A DNA stretch of 64,000 nt from a virus, in the IMG/VR virus record IMGVR_UViG_3300049048_000052, positions 86,643-150,642 of that record, one strand, 5' to 3'. The notes beneath the pieces are model-generated. The model ran no database searches. It was not told where the DNA came from and worked only from the letters and a program-made list of their open reading frames with translations. How positions within the stretch are numbered: position 1 is the first letter of the stretch; each line of letters begins with the position of its first letter. Positions 57,215-64,000 of the stretch are shown here, piece by piece. The translations under genes and the position numbers were made by a program.

Positions 57215-59326
57215 ATGGATAGAAGATATTTTGAACTGATTAAACCTAAGTACTTGACTTGGGAGTTTCTATCTAAGTATGTGGAGGTCAAGCCTCCTTT
57301 TGGGGCTATAGGACCCATCGTATATCTAAGGACATACTCTAGGTTTGTCCCTCAAATGAGCAGGAGGGAGTTGTGGTGGGAGACCTGTATGAGGGTAACT
57401 GAATATAGTATGTCCCTATTCCCAGCTAAGCCTAGGTACCCTATGTCCTTCGAGGAGTTACAGGCAGAGGCAGAGGAACTCTTTGATAACCTATTCTGGA
57501 TGAAGGTCTTTGCTGCAGGGCGTACTATGTTCACTGGAGGGGCCCAACTGAAGACTGGGGACTCTCAATTCAATTGTAGCTTTATTGCTGTTAGTGAGTT
57601 GAAGGCATTCAAGGATGCCCTGTATCTCCTGATGAATGGTTGTGGTGTTGGTTTCTCAGTTGAGAGGCAGTACACGGAGAATCTACCCAGGTTCAGACAG
57701 GACTTTAAGGTTAGACATCTGGATTATAATCCGATAGCTAGGGGAAAAAGAGAGGACATCACTCGTCTTGAAGAGGATGATAACAACCACATAATCAAGA
57801 TAGGAGATAGTAAGGAAGGCTGGTGCGATGCACTGTTTGGTTTCCTGTCTAACTTAGCAGATCTGAGCTGTTGGAAGAACTTTGTATTTATATACAACGA
57901 TGTCAGACCTGAGGGTGAGAAGCTTAAGACCTTTGGTGGTAGAGCCAGTGGGCCTGCACCCCTAAGACTAATGTTCGAGCGTATTGAACAGACCATCAAG
58001 GAAGCGCCTAAGGGTCATCTGAGACCTGTAGACGTAATGGATATCATGAATATCATTGCGGCCGCAGTAGTTGTAGGTGGTGTCCGTAGGTCCTCTGAGA
58101 TTGCCTTTGGTAACCTAGATGATGTGGACTTCGTAGAGGCTAAGCTGAACCTATGGTCTGATCCAGATAAGCAAAGGTACCAGGCTACTAGAGTTCTCTC
58201 CAATAACTCTGTGGCTATATGGGAGAAACCTAGTAAGGCCCAGCTAGTAGATATATTTGAACGTATTAAGAATAATGGTGAGCCTGGCATCTCTATTGCA
58301 GGTAATGCCGCTAAGAGAAGACCTAACTATAAGGGCTCTAATCCATGTCATGAGATCCTATTGGATCATAATGGAGTATGTAATTTAACTACTATAAATA
58401 TGGCTGCCTTTGTGGAGGCTGATCGTATCTTTAACTGGAAGGCCTTTGAGAGAGCGCTTTATCATGCAGTCCGTATGGGTTCCCGTATTACCAATGTTAA
58501 TATGTGGGATCCTGATTGGGATTATGTTCAGAAGAGAGACCGCCTACTAGGTGTATCCCTAACTGGTCAAATGGACTGCTGGAATAAGATGGGGGTAGAC
58601 TTTGATAGTACTACTGCCATCAATATACTCTCTAGTGCTAAGGCTTATGCTAGGGCATACGCAGATGAATACCATAATATCATGGGTATTCCTACATCCC
58701 TTCTGATTACTACTGTTAAACCAGAGGGCACGATCTCTCAGTTACCTACAGTAAGCAGTGGGGTCCATGCTAGTTATGCTCCTTATTACATTAGGAGAGT
58801 AAGGATTAGTAGTAATGATCCTGTGGCTAAAGCACTAAGGGACATGGGTCTAGAACCTCAGCCTGAGAATGGACAAGGTAAAGACCTGGATGCTCCTGAC
58901 TGTTCCACCTGGGTATTCAGCTTCCCCATTAAGACTGATGCTAAGATCAGGGCCATTGATGAGCCTGCGATCCGTCAGCTTAAGAGGTACAAGGTTATGA
59001 TGGATGAGTATGTTGATCATACTTGTTCTATTACCGTTACTGTGGCCCCGGATGAATGGGATGAGGTAGTAGATTGGGTCTACGACAATTGGGAGTCCTG
59101 TGTAGGTATTGCATTCTTACCTAGGTTTGATCCTAGTGAGCCGGGTAACATGTACCCTCAGATGCCATATGAGACATGTACTGAAGAACAGTACCATGAG
59201 ATGGTTAAGGCCATGGGTACCATCGATGAGGATGAGCTTGTAGCTTTGATCTCAGTCTTTGAGCAGGAGTACGAGGAGCATGAGCTTGATGCAGGCTGTG
59301 CTACTGGTATGTGTCCCGTTAGATAA
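57215..59326 (+). CDS. ribonucleotide reductase large subunit (class II-like, monomeric type)
   Basis: 703 aa; GSNPCHEIL active-site block (the SN(P/L)C.EI thiyl-radical loop); C-terminal cysteine pair GCATGMCP. Confidence 0.7.
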   Translation: MDRRYFELIKPKYLTWEFLSKYVEVKPPFGAIGPIVYLRTYSRFVPQMSRRELWWETCMRVTEYSMSLFPAKPRYPMSFEELQAEAEELFDNLFWMKVFAAGRTMFTGGAQLKTGDSQFNCSFIAVSELKAFKDALYLLMNGCGVGFSVERQYTENLPRFRQDFKVRHLDYNPIARGKREDITRLEEDDNNHIIKIGDSKEGWCDALFGFLSNLADLSCWKNFVFIYNDVRPEGEKLKTFGGRASGPAPLRLMFERIEQTIKEAPKGHLRPVDVMDIMNIIAAAVVVGGVRRSSEIAFGNLDDVDFVEAKLNLWSDPDKQRYQATRVLSNNSVAIWEKPSKAQLVDIFERIKNNGEPGISIAGNAAKRRPNYKGSNPCHEILLDHNGVCNLTTINMAAFVEADRIFNWKAFERALYHAVRMGSRITNVNMWDPDWDYVQKRDRLLGVSLTGQMDCWNKMGVDFDSTTAINILSSAKAYARAYADEYHNIMGIPTSLLITTVKPEGTISQLPTVSSGVHASYAPYYIRRVRISSNDPVAKALRDMGLEPQPENGQGKDLDAPDCSTWVFSFPIKTDAKIRAIDEPAIRQLKRYKVMMDEYVDHTCSITVTVAPDEWDEVVDWVYDNWESCVGIAFLPRFDPSEPGNMYPQMPYETCTEEQYHEMVKAMGTIDEDELVALISVFEQEYEEHELDAGCATGMCPVR

Positions 59327-59509
59327 ACAATAAGGGCCCCATATGGGGCCCTTAATAATTAGAGGATATAAATATGAATAATGAAGAGCGTAGAACACAC
59401 CTCAATAATCAGAGGGACCGTATAACTAAAAGAATGGAAGCAGCTAAGGATAACCCTGAGTTGCTAGCTATTCTAATAGAAGAGGAGAAGGGTCTCTGGA
59501 ATCAGCTAT

Positions 59510-60274
59510 CTAAGCTGAAATAAAGTGAGCCCACATACCTATTGAGTCAACGCAGGTTTCTGTCATCATGTTATATGAGTACAGGACCTGCTTGCCCTTG
59601 GCTGGGTTGGAACTGTCATTCCTATCGTAGCCCCATTGGTACCACTCACCATAAGGATCATTTACAATGAAGCCCTTGCTATTGTAACCGACCAGCGTAA
59701 CTATGTGACCAGAGGAAGTAAAGTAGCCATGGACAACAACAGGGAAGCCCTTACGTAACCATGCCTTTACCTCATCAAAGTTAGCATTATCAACGAAGGT
59801 ATCCTTAAATCCGAAACCCTTAACAGCCTCAGCCAAGTGTTGAGGAGAGTGTCTAGATAAACCATTAGACTCTACCCACATCTGAATTTCATCCTCTAAC
59901 TGATCAGGGCCCGAGGCACTTAGACCTAGGTATGCCATGGCCATAGCTATAGAGGTAACATTACAGGAGCCATATGGATACATCTTATTATCCAATTGGC
60001 TGAAGTAAGGTACATCTAGTAGTACCTCACCATTAGGTGCCTCCTTGATCTCATGGTCTACAGAGCAATGACCCATGAATACATACCAGGTATTCATATT
60101 GTTAATAAGGTTAGCAGGGTTAAGTACTACTCTATAATGACCTTTCTCAGTAGCAAGTGAATCAACAATGAAGGACTTACCTTTAACTACTGCAGCCTTC
60201 TGATCCTTAGGTAGTTCACTAGCCTGAGCATTGGATCTTTTGAACGTAGTATCAACGTTTACTATTAATTTCAT
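59510..60274 (-). CDS. peptidase C39-like (papain-fold) domain protein, possible cell-wall hydrolase
   Basis: YFSQ.D...YPYGSCNVTSIAMAMAYLG (Gln/Cys block) and GHIVTLVGYN...NDPYG (His block) fit the C39/C39_2 catalytic arrangement. Confidence 0.55.
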   Translation of the reverse strand: MKLIVNVDTTFKRSNAQASELPKDQKAAVVKGKSFIVDSLATEKGHYRVVLNPANLINNMNTWYVFMGHCSVDHEIKEAPNGEVLLDVPYFSQLDNKMYPYGSCNVTSIAMAMAYLGLSASGPDQLEDEIQMWVESNGLSRHSPQHLAEAVKGFGFKDTFVDNANFDEVKAWLRKGFPVVVHGYFTSSGHIVTLVGYNSKGFIVNDPYGEWYQWGYDRNDSSNPAKGKQVLYSYNMMTETCVDSIGMWAHFISA

Positions 60275-60316
60275 ATGATTGGTATTGAGGAAATAACTAT
60301 AACATTATACTAACTT

Positions 60317-61435
60317 ATGGACAGTGAAATAGTAAGCAAGAGGACAATATTGTTAGGCCTTGGGGGTAGTCATTCCTATGGTCTAAATGTAGAAGGTTCT
60401 GATATAGATGGTAAGGGTATATGTGTAGGGCTAAAGGAGCATTACCTAGGCTTCACTACATTTGAACAGAAGGACGCAGGTTGGGATATAAGTAAGACGT
60501 TATGGAAGGATCATCCTATTAAGATAGGTGAGGACCTAGTTGTATATGAACTACGTAAGTACCTGCAGTTGGCTGCGGATGCTAATCCTAATATACTAGA
60601 ACTCCTATGGTTGAAACCAGAGCAGTATCTATTACAGACAGAGGTAGGTGCTGAGCTGATAAAGCATAGGCAACTGTTTATGACTAGTAAGTGTAAATGG
60701 ACCTTTAGTGGTTATGCCCATAGCCAATTAAAGAAGATACAGGCTCACCGTAAGTGGTTATTGGATCCACCGGATAGGAGACCTGAGCCACAGGACTTTG
60801 GTCTTGGTCTGGGTAATAAAGATCCTATGACCAAGGAACAACTACATGCCTTCTATGAGTTTCTATATATCCTGGTTAGAGATGCTATCGAATATGCTCA
60901 ACCAGCTGAGGACTTATATAACATATTAATTGCTCGTATAGATTACAAGGGTCTATTCAAACAACATCCACTATCTATAGGGGTACTGCCCTATGTACAA
61001 TCCTTAACTAGATCCTCTGATGACTTTATAAGTCTACTGCATGCTAGTCAGGAGTATAGAGGAGCTCTGACCCGTTGGGATGCTTATCAGAATTGGAAGC
61101 TTAATCGTAACAAGAAGAGGGCAGCTACTGAGGCCGCTATTGGTTATGACAGCAAACATGGTATGCATCTAGTAAGACTGTTGTCTATGGGTATTGAGAT
61201 CCTAGAGACAGGGGAGCTTATAGTGGATAGAGGCATAGCTGGGGATAGAGATGATCTTATGGCCATACGTAACTGCGAGTGGCCCTATGAGAAGCTAATG
61301 GACTATGTTAGTCTCTTAGAGCAAAGAGTAGAGGATGCGTTTAAGCAAACTAGACTTCCTAGATCCTGTGACCGAACTAAGGTCAATGAGTTGTGTATTG
61401 AGTTAGTTGAGATAATGGGTTGGTATGACTATTAG
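60317..61435 (+). CDS. Pol-beta-superfamily nucleotidyltransferase
   Basis: LGLGGSHSYGLNVEGSDIDGKGI is the hG[GS]x9-13[DE]h[DE]h nucleotidyltransferase signature; 372 aa. Confidence 0.6.
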   Translation: MDSEIVSKRTILLGLGGSHSYGLNVEGSDIDGKGICVGLKEHYLGFTTFEQKDAGWDISKTLWKDHPIKIGEDLVVYELRKYLQLAADANPNILELLWLKPEQYLLQTEVGAELIKHRQLFMTSKCKWTFSGYAHSQLKKIQAHRKWLLDPPDRRPEPQDFGLGLGNKDPMTKEQLHAFYEFLYILVRDAIEYAQPAEDLYNILIARIDYKGLFKQHPLSIGVLPYVQSLTRSSDDFISLLHASQEYRGALTRWDAYQNWKLNRNKKRAATEAAIGYDSKHGMHLVRLLSMGIEILETGELIVDRGIAGDRDDLMAIRNCEWPYEKLMDYVSLLEQRVEDAFKQTRLPRSCDRTKVNELCIELVEIMGWYDY

Positions 61436-61925
61436 GAAACTATACGGGGACATTGTCAGTCTCGCCATTGATGCTTCTACTACACATAAGATAGTGATAG
61501 CCCATCAGGTTAATTGTATCCCTATTATGGGAGCTGGATTAGCTCTGCAAATAGCGAATGCTTTTCCTAATGTGGAGAGGGAGTATCGTCTTAAGCATGA
61601 TGGTTGGAGATTAGGGGATCTACAGATCGTAACCACACATTACTACCCTAATATCTGTGTGGCTAACCTAGCAGGTCAGAGAGGTGTAAAGAGCCGTACT
61701 AATCCAGTACCCACTAATCTGAAGGCCCTTAGTTTGGCTTTGGAGGGTTTGTCTCAGTGGAGATCCTCTGATGAGGCTACTGGGTACAAGCTATTATTCC
61801 CTATTGGTATGGGTTGCGGTCATGGGGGAGAATCCTGGGAAAGGGTTCAACCTATTATTGAGGAAAGGATGCAGCCTCATCATGAGTTCTGCTTCTTTGT
61901 TAAGAGAGACAGAAGAAGGACGTAA
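61425..61925 (+). CDS. macro domain protein
   Basis: IVIAHQVNC...MGAGLALQIANAFP resembles the macro domain ADP-ribose-binding loops (NAAN...GGGV.GAI analogue). Confidence 0.6.
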   Translation: MTIRKLYGDIVSLAIDASTTHKIVIAHQVNCIPIMGAGLALQIANAFPNVEREYRLKHDGWRLGDLQIVTTHYYPNICVANLAGQRGVKSRTNPVPTNLKALSLALEGLSQWRSSDEATGYKLLFPIGMGCGHGGESWERVQPIIEERMQPHHEFCFFVKRDRRRT

Positions 61926-61958
61926 TTAGGGGGCCTATAACAGGCCCTCATTAACAAT

Positions 61959-64000
61959 ATGAAACTAGCTATACCCACAGTAAATATAGAAAGATCGGAC
62001 GTTACTACTGAGGTGGTAATGGGTATTGATGATGCTAATAAGCACGTCATTATGAACTTATTGAGATCAGAGCTGTACTCTGACCCTATAGGATCCTTTG
62101 TCAGAGAGATTATTAGTAACGCTGTTGATGCACATACTCGATCTAAACAGGATCGGCCTGTAGAGGTAACATTACCTAATCCATTTGCCCCTGAGTTAGT
62201 AGTTAGGGACTATGGATACTCTATGACTATAAAGGTTATAGAACTTATATATTCTCAGTTAGGTACCTCTACTAAAAGAGATAGTAATGAGGAGTTAGGA
62301 TGCTTTGGTATTGGCGCAGCCAGTCCTCTATCCTATGCTAGTAACTTTAGTATAGAAACTATTACATTAGAAGATAATAGGTTTATTAAGAGACTTTGGG
62401 TACAGTATGTAGATGAAAGTCTCATCGGTAAGCTGAGTCTACTTGGTGAGGAGGAAGTTGAGGGCCCTACAGGTACCACTATCAAAATACCTATAGAGAA
62501 GGATGATTATACAACTGTGTCTAACTCGGTTGTGTACTTTACTCAGTTCCTAAGGGATAGGGTTAGTATTACCAATATTGGTAATAGGAGCTATAAGGAG
62601 TATACCTACTATCATGAACAGGATGACTGGAAGTGGATAGGCAGTCATGTTGGTAGCCCCTATCAGATGGATCGGGTTGCTGATAACTCACTGGTCATCA
62701 TGGGCGGCATACCATATCCTATAAACACTAGCTCGTTAGGTTTAAAGGATAGTAAGATGGTAACCCTAATGAAGTCGGGTCTACATCTACATGCCCCATT
62801 AGGTTCTGTTACTCTAACACCTAGTAGGGAGAATCTTAAATATAGCGATAAGACTAAACAGTATTTAGCTAATAAGCTTATTGAGATATCTGCTGAATTA
62901 ACTAAGGTAGCCGAACGTTCTGTAGCGGACTGTAAGTATATACATACAGCAGCTAAGACTTATAGTGAGTTGCCTCAAGCATTGAAGGCTGTCGTGAATT
63001 GTAGCCAATGGAGGGGTCATGTCCTGAAGTCAGGTATAAACCTACCTGAGGGATTAAGGGCTGAGTCTTTTGGTGTTGAGAATGCTTATACTAATCAGGG
63101 CTATAAGGAAGTTGTTAAGTCTAAGAAGTTAGCTAGTGTAGAGCTATTACGTGATACCACCTTCTGGATTAATGATCTAGGAGGTAAGATAGCTAACAAG
63201 GAGATCGTCACCAAATATGTCATAGAGAAGAAAGGGTCCCTTGTTGTATTCACAACCCTAGAACCTAGTGATGAAATAACTGAGTTCCTTAAGTTGTTCG
63301 ATACAAGTCTCATGAGCACCTTATATCCTAACTTTGTTAAGACAAAGAATAGAGCATTAAGAGGTCATGTCGATGGATATACCTTTGACCCTGATCTACA
63401 CAGATCTAATACAAGAGGGATACATGCTAACTTATTACCTACTAAGATACCAAGGGATAAGGGCGGTATATATCTAGTTGTGGATGGGGGTATCCGCTGT
63501 ACTCATGCTGTTAGTATGGGGGCCTGGTATTACGGTCAACAACCTGCAGAACTAGATAGACTAACTAAGACCTTAGGTTGTGAGGTAAAGGGTATGCCTG
63601 TCTTTAATAAGTCTGTCCTACAGAAACTAGATGAGACATGGTTGACCTTTCAGCAGGCAGTAGATAACTATGTGGATGCTCTACCTAATAAGGAGCAACT
63701 CATGTCTAACCTATTGGATACTGACTATTATTATAATAAGCAATACTCACAGCTCTATAAGCAGAGTAAGGACTTTCTAGAAGGGTTAGATCCTAAGTCA
63801 ATGTTAATTACTTATATGGTAACGTCCTCTACGAAAGAGGTTAAGATGCGGGATGATAAGACCAGTCCTTATCATATGATAGCCAGCTGTACTCAATATC
63901 ATACCTATAAATTAGAAGGTAAGTCAGAGTTAAAGGATTTATATACAGCCTGCAGATCAAGGTACCCAATGTTAGAACTTGGAACCTATGTAACTCCTGC
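61959..64000 (+). CDS. GHKL/HATPase_c-family ATPase (runs past the window end)
   Basis: Own translation from the ATG at 61959: EIISNAVDA (N box), RDYGYSM (G1) and LGCFGIGAAS (G2) in the correct order; the ORF is open to the end of the window. Confidence 0.5.
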   Translation, partial: MKLAIPTVNIERSDVTTEVVMGIDDANKHVIMNLLRSELYSDPIGSFVREIISNAVDAHTRSKQDRPVEVTLPNPFAPELVVRDYGYSMTIKVIELIYSQLGTSTKRDSNEELGCFGIGAASPLSYASNFSIETITLEDNRFIKRLWVQYVDESLIGKLSLLGEEEVEGPTGTTIKIPIEKDDYTTVSNSVVYFTQFLRDRVSITNIGNRSYKEYTYYHEQDDWKWIGSHVGSPYQMDRVADNSLVIMGGIPYPINTSSLGLKDSKMVTLMKSGLHLHAPLGSVTLTPSRENLKYSDKTKQYLANKLIEISAELTKVAERSVADCKYIHTAAKTYSELPQALKAVVNCSQWRGHVLKSGINLPEGLRAESFGVENAYTNQGYKEVVKSKKLASVELLRDTTFWINDLGGKIANKEIVTKYVIEKKGSLVVFTTLEPSDEITEFLKLFDTSLMSTLYPNFVKTKNRALRGHVDGYTFDPDLHRSNTRGIHANLLPTKIPRDKGGIYLVVDGGIRCTHAVSMGAWYYGQQPAELDRLTKTLGCEVKGMPVFNKSVLQKLDETWLTFQQAVDNYVDALPNKEQLMSNLLDTDYYYNKQYSQLYKQSKDFLEGLDPKSMLITYMVTSSTKEVKMRDDKTSPYHMIASCTQYHTYKLEGKSELKDLYTACRSRYPMLELGTYVTP

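Noticed and set aside
1-64000. CRISPR arrays, integrase or transposase genes, rRNA
   Set aside because: No direct-repeat/spacer periodicity was seen (the only simple repeat is a (TA)7 tract at 51639..51652); no tyrosine or serine recombinase or DDE signatures were recognised; no rRNA-like conserved stretches.

Overview
This window looks like a 64-kb segment of a large double-stranded DNA phage genome. It is about 40% GC, almost all genes are on the + strand with overlapping start and stop codons, and many genes are followed by palindromic terminators. No T4-like structural or replication core genes are recognisable, so this appears to be an accessory, hyperplastic region. Three themes stand out.

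1. tRNAs and homing endonucleases. There are at least 15 to 17 plus-strand tRNA genes in clusters. Two of them are interrupted at anticodon position 34/35 by homologous group I-like introns of about 0.7 to 0.8 kb, and each intron carries an endonuclease-type ORF on the opposite strand. Other tRNA-related structures are odd: T-arm and 3'-acceptor modules followed by perfectly complementary 5'-acceptor and D-arm segments, a tRNA nested between the halves of another tRNA, and a tRNA-like gene with a roughly 100-nt insertion. At least six homing-endonuclease-type genes (GIY-YIG, HNH, LAGLIDADG) occur in the window.

2. RNA-directed enzymes. Recognisable products include a Thg1-like tRNA-His guanylyltransferase family protein, a GatB/YqeY-domain protein, an AlkB-like 2OG-Fe(II) dioxygenase, a HAD phosphatase next to a P-loop kinase (reminiscent of a split polynucleotide kinase-phosphatase), a metallophosphoesterase, a Cys-based CX5R phosphatase, a Pol-beta-type nucleotidyltransferase, a macro domain protein and a GHKL ATPase.

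3. Other gene content. A three-gene operon is centred on a ThiF/MoeB E1-like protein. Also present are a class II-like ribonucleotide reductase, an SPFH/band-7 lipoprotein, two tandem Hsp20 genes, an RlpA-like protein, a peptidase C39-like protein, a DprA/SLOG-like protein and several tandem paralog pairs.

Two recurrent upstream motifs are visible: TTATTGATTG-like, and GGTATATAA abutting the ATG. There is also a recurrent palindromic terminator family (AGAGGGNCC...GGNCCCTCT).

All coordinates come from hand analysis of the sequence; no searches were run. tRNA anticodon assignments are tentative.
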